Part shown: piece after piece, positions 28,029-38,193 of the stretch | Layout: every line of letters begins with the position of its first letter | Position numbering within the stretch: position 1 is the stretch's first letter | Assembly (NCBI GenBank): GCA_050953885.1 | Contig: JBMNNJ010000002.1 | Coordinates: 41,586-105,585, forward strand | DNA from: Patescibacteria group bacterium | Lineage (GTDB): Bacteria > Patescibacteriota > Microgenomatia > 0-14-0-10-38-17 | Length of the DNA stretch: 64,000 nt | Reading direction: 5' to 3' | Position numbers and translations under genes: made by a program | Notes under the pieces: generated by a model | What the model was told of the DNA's origin: nothing | Database searches by the model: none | Seen by the model: the letters and a program-made list of their open reading frames with translations, nothing else

Positions 28029-30119
28029 TCATTGCTTTGTCTTCACCTCTATCTTAATCCTTTCTTCCCGATGAGGCAAGGTTAAAAGGAAATCGGGCAT
28101 TTTGGGGCTTACTTTGATCTCACAGTCTTCTACCGAAGGCAAAAGCCCTAAATAATCTATCGCCGCCGCCGGCCGCTTGCCCTTTAATTTCTTTTTCACC
28201 TCTTCCTCGTCAATGTTGGGATAAAGACTGGCCCTAACTTTAGCCTCAAAAACTTGCCCCTCACCCTCGCTTTCCTGATAAGAAAAGTTAACTTCCCTCT
28301 CTTCTCCCAAAATAAATCCCGCCGGAATTTTTGGTTTTAAACGCTCCTCGATAAGCTTATTCAAATCTTCTTCCTTAAAAACAAGCCCCTTTAATTCCAG
28401 TTTAAGACTTAAAGAGGCCTCTTCGGCCTCATCGCCTACTTGATGGTCATAGTCTTCGGCAATAATCTCCTCTTCAATGCTTTCGTTAATCAATTTTTTT
28501 CCTTCGCCCAAAGTTTTTGCCAACTTTTCCCGGCCCTCTTTAAGCAACTCTTCCTTTAAAGACTCTTTCAAAGAAGTTAAGTCTTCTTCGGCCACCACCT
28601 TTACCTTGCGGCTGCTACCCCCGGAAAAATCGCTTTCATTCTTAGCGATAAAGTCTTTGTTGGAAAAATCATTAACCTTAAACTCTGTTTCTTTTGTTAA
28701 ATTATATTGAGGACCAATGTCGGCCGCTTTTACCTTGACCGTCTTTTTCCCTGGGATAAGCGTATAATCCGGCCCGGCGCTGGCGGAAGCCACCTTCACC
28801 TCTTCCTCTGTCTCAAACTCCAAGTCACCGGGGGCAATTAATTTTGTCCCTTTCTCCAAAGTTTCCTCCACCTCGGTACGGTTATAAATCGTTGCTTCTC
28901 CCGTGGCTTTTTCTCCTACCTCTTTCTCCCCGCTTGTCGCCGCGCTTTTTTCCCCCTCAACGGTAATGGCAACTTCTTCGCCAGGGATAATTCCTTCTTC
29001 AACACTCAATGCTGACCCCGGAACCACCTTAACGGTAAAACTTTCTTCCAAAAATTGAGGCGAAACCCGAAGAGTGACCGTTGCCTGCGGCCAAAACCAC
29101 CAAAGCAAACCCAAAATCGTCAGAAAAAGAAGCGGCAAAAGATATCGCCAGGAAAAGTGTTTTGGCCCTTTTTTTAATTTTGGTAAAAAGCCACCTATTT
29201 TAGCAAAAAAACTAAGAACTCTTTGTTTTTGAGAAGCAAAGTCTACTTTTCTTTTTTGGGAGACTACCTCTTCTTTCTCTCCTTCAGCAGAAAAATCCTC
29301 TAATTGCGCCACATCCTGATTCTTTAAGAATCCCGGCAGTGCTTCTTCTTGTAAAACTTCTTCCTCTTTTTGCTCCGCATCAAGATGGGCCAGGCCTCCT
29401 TTCTCCAAAAGATTACTCGCCGTTTCCTCAATTAAGGTCTCCAAAAGAAAAGAAGAAGGGAGAAGCTCTACTTTGGGAAGGTGCAAAAAAAGGCCTCCTT
29501 CCGGCTTAACCCAAGGATAGGAAAGAAGGCGTTGCCGCATTGCTTCCTGATCCCCAAAACCCCAAAGAAAAATTCGCGGCGGAAAAGGCTCTTCCCTCTC
29601 AAAAGAAAAGAGCCCCTCTTCCAAATCAGACACAAGATTATCGCTGCGCTCAATTTGATAAACTCCCTCCATTTTCCCTCTCCATAAAAGCGCCACCTCG
29701 ATCACTTCCTCGCCCACCCCCACCAAAACAAAATTAAGAAAAGCGCCTTCGCTTTTAGCAAGAGAGGCGCAAATAACTTTTTCCTGGGTCACAAAACCTA
29801 ATGGCGTACTTTCTAATTTTTGACAAATTTGCCGCAAAAGACTGGCCTTATCTTCCTCTAATGCCCCCTTGGCCCAGGAAACCGGCAGAGAAAAAATTAT
29901 CCCCTCAATTTTCCTTTTTCCCTCCCCAAGTGTTTTAAAAGCGCTTTCAAGGCTTTTTTGCGCCGCTTCCGGCAAGCCGGTGTCTTTTTGATAATACTCC
30001 CGACTGCCAAGAGCCAATAATTTTGCCCGCCGTTTCCCTCCCTCTTCTTCAATTGTCCAAAGGCCCCCCATTACCTCGTTAAGGCCAATAAAAAAGGCGG
30101 CAAAAATATGTTCGAACAT
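28029..30119 (-). CDS. Membrane protein with a baseplate-J-like extracellular region (CPR conserved hypothetical)
   Basis: Central TM, GEKATGEATIYN, VKAADIGPQYNL, NESDFSGGS; family call by recall. Confidence 0.6.
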   Translation of the reverse strand: MFEHIFAAFFIGLNEVMGGLWTIEEEGGKRRAKLLALGSREYYQKDTGLPEAAQKSLESAFKTLGEGKRKIEGIIFSLPVSWAKGALEEDKASLLRQICQKLESTPLGFVTQEKVICASLAKSEGAFLNFVLVGVGEEVIEVALLWRGKMEGVYQIERSDNLVSDLEEGLFSFEREEPFPPRIFLWGFGDQEAMRQRLLSYPWVKPEGGLFLHLPKVELLPSSFLLETLIEETASNLLEKGGLAHLDAEQKEEEVLQEEALPGFLKNQDVAQLEDFSAEGEKEEVVSQKRKVDFASQKQRVLSFFAKIGGFLPKLKKGPKHFSWRYLLPLLFLTILGLLWWFWPQATVTLRVSPQFLEESFTVKVVPGSALSVEEGIIPGEEVAITVEGEKSAATSGEKEVGEKATGEATIYNRTEVEETLEKGTKLIAPGDLEFETEEEVKVASASAGPDYTLIPGKKTVKVKAADIGPQYNLTKETEFKVNDFSNKDFIAKNESDFSGGSSRKVKVVAEEDLTSLKESLKEELLKEGREKLAKTLGEGKKLINESIEEEIIAEDYDHQVGDEAEEASLSLKLELKGLVFKEEDLNKLIEERLKPKIPAGFILGEEREVNFSYQESEGEGQVFEAKVRASLYPNIDEEEVKKKLKGKRPAAAIDYLGLLPSVEDCEIKVSPKMPDFLLTLPHREERIKIEVKTKQ

Positions 30120-30137
30120 AATAAAAAGAAATGAATT

Positions 30138-30230
30138 GTCACATTGCTTCATTGCTTCATTGTTTCATTGTTGCCAGCTTTATGGTCACATTATCTCAAC
30201 AATGTAGCAATGTAACAATGAAACAATGTT
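30138..30230. repeat. Self-contained octamer inverted repeat
   Basis: cattgctt-cattgctt-cattgttt-cattgttg ... caatgtag-caatgtaa-caatgaaa-caatg. Confidence 0.85.
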
Positions 30231-30232
30231 TT

Positions 30233-32053
30233 TTACTCTAATACCCCATAAATTCTTCTTTTCCCCGCCCCCACACTTTCTTCTTTAATAATTTTAAATT
30301 TCCCTAAAACCCCGGTACGCTCAACATGTGGCCCACCGCAAACTTCCCGCGAAAAAAAATCCGGCTCCCTGCCAATAGTATAAACTTTTACCGCCTCTTT
30401 GTCATATTTTCCCTCAAAAAAGGCTAAGGCGCCCATTTTTTTGGCCTCTTCCAGACTTACTTCCTGAAAGCTAACCGGTAAATTTTCCTTAATCTTCTCA
30501 TTAGCTAAGTTTTCCACTTTTTTAATCTGCTCCTCGGTTAACTTTTGGGGGTAGGGGAAATCAAAGCGCAGCCTTTCCGGAGTGATATTTGAGCCCGCCT
30601 GATAAACACTTTTCCCCAAAACTTGCCTTAACGCCTGGTGCAAAAGATGGGTGGCGGTATGAAGCTTGGTGACCGCCAGAGAATGGTCTTCCAAGCCCCC
30701 TTTAAATTTCCTCGCCGTTTTCGACTTTTCCTGATGAGCCTTAGCCGCCTTGGCAAATTCTTTTTCAAATCCAGGGCTGATACCCACCCCCGCCGCGGCA
30801 AATTCTTCCAAAACTAAATCTTGCGGTAAGCCAAAACTAGTTAAAAGATAAAAAGCCTCATCGCCGCCAAGAAGCGCTTTTTCTTTCTTCTTAAAAGAAA
30901 CCAAACGCCTAATTTCTTTCTGCCCCCGACGCAACGCTTCACCAAATTTTTTTTCTTCTTCTTGTAAAACATTTTCAATAAGCGGCCGCTTTTCCGCCAA
31001 AAAGGGATAACGTTTTTGATAAATTTCCTCGACCACCGTCGCCAATGAGGGCAAAAATGAAGACCCATTTTTTCCTTCTTCTAATAATTTTTGTTTTTGC
31101 CACGAAGCTCTTCTTATCAGCCGGCGTAAAACATAGCCTTGTTCCAAATTAGACGGCAAAACGCCGTCGGCAATAAGAAAAACCGCCGCCCGCAGATGAT
31201 CCGCCACCACCGCCATTGCTTTTCTTATCTCTCCGCCTTCTTCCCACTGGTGGCCACTTAATTGTTTAATTTTTAAAATTATTGGCCAAAGTAAATCGGT
31301 TTCAAAAACGCTTTCTTTTTTCTGCAAAACCATCGCCATTCTCTCCAGACCTGCCCCGGTATCAACACTTTTAATAGACAAATTCTGGTATTGGCCGGAA
31401 AGGGTGCGATTGTATTCCATAAAAACTCCGGCGTTCCAAATCTCCAAAAAACGGTCGCAATCGCATCCTGGCCGGCAATTAGCCTGACCGCAACCCCTTT
31501 CCTCTCCCTGATCAAGATAAACTTCGGTGCAAGGGCCGCAGGGACCGCTCTCGCCTACTTGCCAAAAGTTTTCCGCCGCCCCCAAACCAACAAGATGGTC
31601 TTTTCTCATCCCTACCGCTTGCCACGCTTTAGGCGTTTCGTGGTCGGGCGCAATTTGGGGCAAACTGGAATCACCGGCAAAATAAGTGGCCCAAAGCTTC
31701 TCGCGGGGCAACTTTAGCTCTTTGGTTAAAAACTCCCAGGCCAAAGCCACTGCTTCCTTCTTAAAATAATCGCCAATCGACCAGGAGCCCAACATTTCAA
31801 AAAAAGAAAGGGTGCGCCGATTTTCGCCCACCTTTTCCAAGTCGGTGGTTCGCAAACACCGCTGAATATTAACCAGCCGCTTTGCCGGTGGTTTCTTCTT
31901 GCCTAAAAAATAAGGCTTAAACTGCACCATGCCGGCACTGGTAAAAAGAAGCGTCGGGTCATTTTCCGGTACTAGAGAAATTTGAGGCACAACTTGATGC
32001 CGGTGACGAACAAAAAAGCTGATAAACTTCTGGATAATTTCTTCGCTTTTCAT
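30233..32053 (-). CDS. alaS: Alanine--tRNA ligase (short form, no C-Ala domain)
   Basis: DPTLLFTSAGM, GPCGPCTE, DTGAGLER, HTATHLL, EVCGGPHV. Confidence 0.97.
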   Translation of the reverse strand: MKSEEIIQKFISFFVRHRHQVVPQISLVPENDPTLLFTSAGMVQFKPYFLGKKKPPAKRLVNIQRCLRTTDLEKVGENRRTLSFFEMLGSWSIGDYFKKEAVALAWEFLTKELKLPREKLWATYFAGDSSLPQIAPDHETPKAWQAVGMRKDHLVGLGAAENFWQVGESGPCGPCTEVYLDQGEERGCGQANCRPGCDCDRFLEIWNAGVFMEYNRTLSGQYQNLSIKSVDTGAGLERMAMVLQKKESVFETDLLWPIILKIKQLSGHQWEEGGEIRKAMAVVADHLRAAVFLIADGVLPSNLEQGYVLRRLIRRASWQKQKLLEEGKNGSSFLPSLATVVEEIYQKRYPFLAEKRPLIENVLQEEEKKFGEALRRGQKEIRRLVSFKKKEKALLGGDEAFYLLTSFGLPQDLVLEEFAAAGVGISPGFEKEFAKAAKAHQEKSKTARKFKGGLEDHSLAVTKLHTATHLLHQALRQVLGKSVYQAGSNITPERLRFDFPYPQKLTEEQIKKVENLANEKIKENLPVSFQEVSLEEAKKMGALAFFEGKYDKEAVKVYTIGREPDFFSREVCGGPHVERTGVLGKFKIIKEESVGAGKRRIYGVLE

Positions 32054-32054
32054 T

Positions 32055-32385
32055 TAAAACACGAATTTACACGAATAGGAAACGAATGAACGCGAACGAG
32101 CAAATAATATAAAAATAAATCAAATATCAAATATCAAAGCGCAAAACCAAGTTCAAAGACCAAAACCATAAACTCAATCCGCCAGCTGGCGGACAGAATC
32201 TAACTGATTCTGAATCAAGTTCAGAATGACACTAATCGTGACCGTCATTCTGACGAAAGTCAGAATCGAATAGCTAAAAGTTAAAATTCAAAAGTAAAAA
32301 TTAAAATTAAAAAGTAGAGCAAAAAAAACTTTTAACTTTTGACTTGCAATTTTGAATTTTGACTTTTTAATTTTGACTTTCCAAA
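32055..32385. repeat. Composite repeat locus (CGAAT arm, heptamer arms, micro-palindrome, RPE-like pair)
   Basis: 32058-32148 approximates the reverse complement of 40818-40909; 32205-32250 approximates 7467-7510. Confidence 0.88.
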
Positions 32386-32459
32386 CCGATTTAGAAACGT
32401 ACACGTACCACCACCTATTTGGTATAAATTGCCACTGACGGACGATTCGTGAGCCTCCC

Positions 32460-32738
32460 CTATTTCAGCGGTCTGTTGCCCCGCTTAAAAACCCGGGGCT
32501 TATCGGCTGGTTTTGCTTTAACAACCACAGAAGAAGAGGGGGAAGAATTTTGAGGAAGAACCGTCTTGCCAAGCTCTTTAAAATCCCCGGCCGAAAGCTG
32601 GTGAATAATTTTCAAGATTTTTTCTTTTTTAACCTCTTCTTTATCTTCCAAAAAATAAGCCAACGCCCCTCCCAACAAAACTCCTAAGCCAAAACCGGAC
32701 CAAAACTGGTTTGTTTCAATCTTCTTTTTTTCCCCCAT
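32460..32738 (-). CDS. Small membrane protein (YtxH-like N-terminus)
   Basis: FWSGFGLGVLLGGALAYFL. Confidence 0.6.
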   Translation of the reverse strand: MGEKKKIETNQFWSGFGLGVLLGGALAYFLEDKEEVKKEKILKIIHQLSAGDFKELGKTVLPQNSSPSSSVVVKAKPADKPRVFKRGNRPLK

Positions 32739-33012
32739 TTTTCTTTTCTTCCTTTTTTTCTTGTTTTTTCTTCTCCCTGCCGGAAAAAATTTCCAAAAAA
32801 GAACCTAAGCCTTCAATAAAACCGCTTATGCCCAAAAATGGCCGGCTTAATTTTTGCGAAAAAACCAAAAAAGGGTTCAGCGCCTCATTAAGATTCTTAA
32901 TCGCCTTCTTAACTTCCTGAAGAATCTGGAAAACCTGCACCCCAATTACCGTTAAAAGAGCGGTTAAAATAACAATCACCACCACCAGTAGAACTTGCAA
33001 AGCGTTTTCCAT
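32716..33012 (-). CDS. Small membrane protein (DUF948-like)
   Basis: N-terminal TM followed by an amphipathic segment; overlaps the next gene. Confidence 0.6.
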   Translation of the reverse strand: MENALQVLLVVVIVILTALLTVIGVQVFQILQEVKKAIKNLNEALNPFLVFSQKLSRPFLGISGFIEGLGSFLEIFSGREKKKQEKKEEKKNGGKKED

Positions 33013-33016
33013 AAGA

Positions 33017-33335
33017 AACTAAATTGTTAAATTGCTATACTGTTATACTGTTAAATTGTTAAAACACGAATTCACGCGAATTGGAAACGAATTAACACGA
33101 AAAATAAACTTAAAACGCAAATGGCAAATGGCAAAACTATCCACCTAAAATGGCGGATCCGCCGTCTGAGGCGGACATGTTAAATCTTAAATCTTTCTTA
33201 GAGCTTAAAAGTGTTTTTCAGATTTGAGTTTTGAATTTTAGTTTTGCGTTTTGCGATTTAACATTTGAGTTTATCTTTTGTTTTTGAATTTTGATTTTTG
33301 CATTAATTTAGTGTCTTAATATCTTTATATCCTAA
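33017..33335. repeat. Composite locus: octamer, CGAAT arm, heptamer MITE-like copy with two tandem micro-palindromes
   Basis: 36-bp insert at 33140-33175 between aaaacta and catg. Confidence 0.88.
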
Positions 33336-33349
33336 TTTCTCCCTCTTTG

Positions 33350-33985
33350 TCAATCACCGCAATAAAAGCGTCTTTCCAACTGGCTTTTTTTGCCATGAGG
33401 ATTAGCCGCTTCCAATAAAACCAGATTTTCTCCCGACAAACATTCTCTTTCTTGTTGAAAAGAACCGTCCGAGCCAAGCGTTACCGGCTGGCCTTCAATA
33501 GTAACCACATCTCCCCCTTCTATTTTCCCCTGGATAACAACACGGTAGCCGCTAATTTTCTCCTCTTCACGCGGCGCCTCAAGAATAATTTTGGGAGCGC
33601 TAAAGCGAAAAAAAAGCTGGCGACCCAGAAAAAAAACCATCAATAAAATAAAAATTACCCCAAAAAAGGCGCCTATTTTCCCCGGCGTCACCTTTAATTT
33701 CTTTTTCGTCTCTATTCTCTTGGGCATTAATTCTTGAGAAGAGGCAGGGGGAATAAAATCGCGCCTGAAAACTGCCACCACTTTTTCCCCGTCCAGGCCC
33801 AAAATTTCCGCGTAAGAACGAATTAACCCTTGAATTACCGCCGGTCCGCCGGCAATTGCCTGATAACGATCTTCTTCCAGGAAAACCAAATACTCTTCCC
33901 TAATTTTAAGTTCCGTTGCCAGAGAGGAAATTTTTTTCCTCTTTTCTTCTCGCTTGCTTTTAAGAATTTGTCCCGCTGTCTTCAC
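33350..33985 (-). CDS. RodZ-like HTH membrane protein
   Basis: MKTAGQILKSKRE HTH, GLIRSYAEILGLD, TM, Ig-like C-terminus; downstream of ftsK. Confidence 0.8.
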   Translation of the reverse strand: MKTAGQILKSKREEKRKKISSLATELKIREEYLVFLEEDRYQAIAGGPAVIQGLIRSYAEILGLDGEKVVAVFRRDFIPPASSQELMPKRIETKKKLKVTPGKIGAFFGVIFILLMVFFLGRQLFFRFSAPKIILEAPREEEKISGYRVVIQGKIEGGDVVTIEGQPVTLGSDGSFQQERECLSGENLVLLEAANPHGKKSQLERRFYCGD

Positions 33986-36083
33986 TGTTTGGAAGAATTA
34001 ATTTTTCTTTACCGGCTAAAAGCTCCCGCGACTTTGAACCGTCGGGAGGTCCCACAATTCCCGCTTCCTCCATCTGGTCTAAAATCCGGGCCGCTCGATT
34101 ATAACCAATACGAAACCGACGCTGAAGCAGAGAAGAAGAGGCGCGATTTTCCTGACGGAAAAGCTCTACCGCCTCGTCGAAAAGCTCATCGCGCTCTCCT
34201 TCGGCGGTAATCACTGTGGCGCCCTTTTTCCCAATCGGCATTTCGACTACCTCTTGGGTGTAAACCGGCTCCACTCCCATATTTTTAACAAAATTGATTA
34301 AGTTTTTAATCTCGCGGTCGGAAACATAAGCGCCTTGAATTCTTAAGGGCTTAGCCCGATCCGGGGGAAGATAAAGCATGTCACCCCGCCCCAAAAGCTT
34401 TTCCGCTCCCGGCGTGTCCAAAATCACCCTCGAATCGGTCATTGAGGCGACAGCAAAAGAAATCCGGCAAGGAATATTAGCCTTAATTAAACCGGTTAAA
34501 ACATCTACTGACGGCCTTTGGGTGGCAATCACCAAATGAATTCCTGTTGCCCGCGCCATCTGCGCCAACCGGCAAATGGCGGTCTCCACCTCAGCGGGAG
34601 AAAAAAACATAATATCCGCCAGCTCATCAATGATAATTACCAAATAAGGAAGAGCGGCAAAACCGGCCTTCTCGTTATAATCATCAATGTTGCGCACTCC
34701 CGCCTCGGCAAAAAGTTTATAACGATTATCCATTTCTTTGGTGGCCCACTTTAGCGCTGAAACCACTTTAGGCGGGTCAACAATCACCGACGAAAGAAGA
34801 TGGGGAATCCCCTCATACTGGGTTAGCTCGACTCTTTTAGGGTCAATTAAGATCATTTTTACCTCCTCCGGGGTGGAGCGGAAAAGAAAAGTCGAAATCC
34901 AAGCGTTTAGTAAAACACTTTTCCCCGCTCCCGTCTGGCCGGCGATTAAAACATGAGGCATTTTGCCAATATCCGCCACCACCGCCTGACCGGAAACATC
35001 CAGGCCCAAACCTACCGTTAACTTTGATTTTGATTTTTTAAGAGCGGGCGAAGCCAACATCTGGCGTAAATTTACCACCCGCAGGGAAGAATTAGGTAAT
35101 TCAATCCCTGCCAAGGATCGCCCCACAATAGGAGCCTCAATTCGGATTTGCCCCGTTGGCGCCGCCAGCGCCAAAGCCAAATCATTGCTTAAGCTCAAAA
35201 TTTTGGAAAGCTTTGTTCCCGGCGCCACTCTAATAGCATATTGGGTTACTGCCGGCCCGGGGTTAACTTCAACCACTTTCGCCTTAATGCCAAAAGAATC
35301 TAATGTTTTCTCAATAATATCGGCATTTTTGTTAACTTCAGCCGCGGTTAACTGCTTTGTTGGCGGAGTAGGATCAAGCAAGCTTAAGGGAGGATAATGC
35401 CAAACTCCGGCTCGCGCTCCCGCCAAGGGTAGGCTTTCTTTTGGTTTTCCTTCCTGACCGACAAGAGGCACCTTGGCCAAGTCCGGCTTTTCCTCTCTTC
35501 CCTGACTTTCAAAATCTGAGGCAAGAGGGGTTAATCCGGAATCGGAAGGAAACTTAACCCCAATTTCCCTCTTTTCTTTAGGCGCAAAAATTTTCTTTAC
35601 CTTTCCCCAAAGCTCGGCTAAAAAATCGCCAATTTCCTTTAAAGAAACATCCCATAAAACCAAAAACCCTGCCAGAGAAAGAATAAAAAAAATAATCCCG
35701 CTGCCCACTCCTCCTAGAAAGGAAGCCGCTTTTTGAAAAAGAAAACGACCCACCTGACCGCCTTGAACTAACCCTAAAAAGGAGAAAAAAAATAAAAAAC
35801 TGCCCAAGAAAACATTAAGAGAAAGAAAACTTAAATTAAGACCGGAAAAAAGCAATCCCAAAAGAAGAGTCAGGAAGGGGAGAAGGAAAGCGCCTCCGCC
35901 AAAAAAAGCCAATAATTTTTCGTTTATCTGGGAAAGAAAGGGTGTTTGGCCAAAGAAAGAAATAATCAAAAAAGCGGTCAGCAAGAAAAAAAGGAGGGAA
36001 AAAACCGAAAAAAGGGTTTTTCTCCCCACCCCCATTCTTAAACCTTTCTTTTTTTTAGGCCGTCCCCGTTTTTTCTTAACCAT
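33960..36083 (-). CDS. ftsK: DNA translocase FtsK/SpoIIIE
   Basis: PHVLIAGQTGAGKS, IIIDELAD, ATQRPS, gamma domain LQRRFRIGYNRAAR. Confidence 0.97.
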   Translation of the reverse strand: MVKKKRGRPKKKKGLRMGVGRKTLFSVFSLLFFLLTAFLIISFFGQTPFLSQINEKLLAFFGGGAFLLPFLTLLLGLLFSGLNLSFLSLNVFLGSFLFFFSFLGLVQGGQVGRFLFQKAASFLGGVGSGIIFFILSLAGFLVLWDVSLKEIGDFLAELWGKVKKIFAPKEKREIGVKFPSDSGLTPLASDFESQGREEKPDLAKVPLVGQEGKPKESLPLAGARAGVWHYPPLSLLDPTPPTKQLTAAEVNKNADIIEKTLDSFGIKAKVVEVNPGPAVTQYAIRVAPGTKLSKILSLSNDLALALAAPTGQIRIEAPIVGRSLAGIELPNSSLRVVNLRQMLASPALKKSKSKLTVGLGLDVSGQAVVADIGKMPHVLIAGQTGAGKSVLLNAWISTFLFRSTPEEVKMILIDPKRVELTQYEGIPHLLSSVIVDPPKVVSALKWATKEMDNRYKLFAEAGVRNIDDYNEKAGFAALPYLVIIIDELADIMFFSPAEVETAICRLAQMARATGIHLVIATQRPSVDVLTGLIKANIPCRISFAVASMTDSRVILDTPGAEKLLGRGDMLYLPPDRAKPLRIQGAYVSDREIKNLINFVKNMGVEPVYTQEVVEMPIGKKGATVITAEGERDELFDEAVELFRQENRASSSLLQRRFRIGYNRAARILDQMEEAGIVGPPDGSKSRELLAGKEKLILPNSEDSGTNS

Positions 36084-36121
36084 AAGGTTGGATATTAAAC
36101 ATTTATTTTTATTTATTAAGT

Positions 36122-36275
36122 AAGCACACGGGATTAAACAGGATGTTTACAGGATAAAACAGGAAAAAAATCCCGTTCAATCCTGTAATAAATCCTGTTG
36201 TATCCTGTGTGCTTTGCGCCCACCATTCGCTCATTCGTGTTCATTCGTTTCCCATTCGTGTCAATTCGTGTTTCC
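36122..36275. repeat. 93-bp CAGGAT module plus ATTCG arm overlapping the proS stop
   Basis: AAGCACAC...GTGTGCTT terminal inverted repeats. Confidence 0.88.
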
Positions 36276-37959
36276 ATTCGCCTATCTTCCTCACCACTTC
36301 ATTATATTGTAGTATTTCTACTTTCTCTTTGTCTCTTTCTTTATACTCTATTGAATCGCCTGTTTTTGGGGAGACAATCAAACGAACAGGAATGCCGACT
36401 AAATCCGCGTCGGCAAATTTTTCCCCCGCCGAAACCTCCCGACGATCATCATAAAGAACTTCAATGCCATCTTTTAAAAAACGGTCAAAAATTGCTTCCG
36501 CTTTTTCAAAAGCGCCTTCTAAGGCGATCAGATGAACCTGATAAGGAGCAATACTCTTAGGCCAAATAATTCCCTTTTTATCATGATGAATTTCTACCAC
36601 CGTGGCCATTGTTCGTCCCAACCCAATACCATAACAACCCATATAGAAAGGCTTTTCTTTGCCCTTTTTATCAATAAAATTCGCTCCTTTCATAAGACGG
36701 GTATAGTGATAACCAAGCTCAAAAATATGGCCCACTTCAATCCCTTTAATTTCCTGAAGTTTTCCTTGACGACATTGGGGGCAAAAATCACCCTCTCGCG
36801 CGCAAGTAATATCCGCCAGTAAAGAGTAGGAAAAATCTCGGCCGTAATTAACATTAACCGTGTCGGTTTTGGCTTCTTTTTGGCCGCCAATAAAATTTTT
36901 TACCATTTTTAAACCTAAATCGCCTACATAAACCACTCCTTGATGTCCCCAGGAATGAACCCAACCATGTTTAGTGCCTATTTTCTCTAAATCTTCTGCC
37001 GTTGCCGGTTCAAGGCTTTCCACCCCCAAAACTCGCTTCAGCTTTGCTTCGTTTACTTCCTGATCACCGCGCAGGGAAGCAATAATTATTCTTCCTTTCT
37101 CGTCTTTATAAACAACATTTTTCAAAAATCGCCAAAGCGGTTGGCGGTAATGCTTTACATTATCCTCCATGGTGCAAACCCATTCCGGCTGGGGAATAAT
37201 TTCTAAAGGTTTTTCTTCTTCGTCAGGATTAAGGGGCGCAAGATAGGCTTGCGCTTTCTCCAAACTGGCCTGATAAGAACATTGGCGGCATTTTAAAACC
37301 GCATCTTCTCCATTTTTATCAGGAACCACAAATTCATGGCAACGCTCGCCGCCAATATAACCGCTGTCAGCTTCAACTACCAAAAAAGGCAACTCTAAGC
37401 TCTGGAAAATTTTTTCATAAGCTTGCCAAAAAAACCGGTAGGTTTCGGCAAAATCTTTCTTATTTTGGTCAAAAGAATAAGCGTCTTTCATGATAAATTC
37501 CCGCACCCGCAACAGCCCGCCCCGAAAACGCCGTTCGTCACGAAATTTGGTGGAAAATTGGTAAAGAAAAAAAGGCAAATCTTTATAGGAAAGCTTTTTC
37601 CGGCGCACCAGATCCACAAACATTTCCTCCGCCGTTCCTCCTAAGGCAAATTCCGCTCCTGACCGGCTCTTAACCTTCATCAACTCAAAAGAAACTGACG
37701 TTGTCCTTTTCGTTTCCTGCCATAAAGAAAGAGGGTGTAAAATCGGGGTGATCATCTCCTGCGCCCCAATCGCCTCCATTTCTCTTCTGATTACTTCTTC
37801 TATTTTTTGATGGACGCGCCAACCTAAGGGAAGAAAATAATATTCTCCGGCTGAACTTTCCTCAATAAAGCCGCCGCGCCGTAAAAGCTGGTGGCTTGCC
37901 ACCACTGCCTTTTTAAACGGCTCCTTGCTGGTTTTGCCAAAAAGTTTTGAATAACGCAT
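36241..37959 (-). CDS. proS: Proline--tRNA ligase
   Basis: FRDERRFRGGLLRVREFIMKDAYSF, GIEVGHIF, MGCYGIG. Confidence 0.97.
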   Translation of the reverse strand: MRYSKLFGKTSKEPFKKAVVASHQLLRRGGFIEESSAGEYYFLPLGWRVHQKIEEVIRREMEAIGAQEMITPILHPLSLWQETKRTTSVSFELMKVKSRSGAEFALGGTAEEMFVDLVRRKKLSYKDLPFFLYQFSTKFRDERRFRGGLLRVREFIMKDAYSFDQNKKDFAETYRFFWQAYEKIFQSLELPFLVVEADSGYIGGERCHEFVVPDKNGEDAVLKCRQCSYQASLEKAQAYLAPLNPDEEEKPLEIIPQPEWVCTMEDNVKHYRQPLWRFLKNVVYKDEKGRIIIASLRGDQEVNEAKLKRVLGVESLEPATAEDLEKIGTKHGWVHSWGHQGVVYVGDLGLKMVKNFIGGQKEAKTDTVNVNYGRDFSYSLLADITCAREGDFCPQCRQGKLQEIKGIEVGHIFELGYHYTRLMKGANFIDKKGKEKPFYMGCYGIGLGRTMATVVEIHHDKKGIIWPKSIAPYQVHLIALEGAFEKAEAIFDRFLKDGIEVLYDDRREVSAGEKFADADLVGIPVRLIVSPKTGDSIEYKERDKEKVEILQYNEVVRKIGEWKHELTRMGNE

Positions 37960-38029
37960 GTTTAGATAAAATAACGATTTGGATCTTGTTGTGGATTAGC
38001 GCACTTTAGTGCGCGCCAATTCCCGCACA

Positions 38030-38190
38030 AAAGATAAACTCAAATGTTAAATCGCAAAACGCAAAACGACAACTCAAAACTCAAATCTAAAAAACAACTT
38101 TAAGCTTTAAAAAGTTTTAACATTTGCCATGTAGATTTGCCATTTGACATTTGCGTTTTGAGTTTATTTTTCGCGTCCATTCGCGTCTCT
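38030..38190. repeat. ~135-bp heptamer MITE-like copy
   Basis: Near-identical to 48196-48335 (direct) and 60498-60636 (inverted). Confidence 0.9.
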
Positions 38191-38193
38191 ACC

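Noticed and set aside
30233-32053. Short AlaRS, short IF-2 and zinc-finger-less DnaJ as pseudogenes
   Set aside because: Catalytic motifs are intact and such compact forms are expected in reduced CPR-type genomes.
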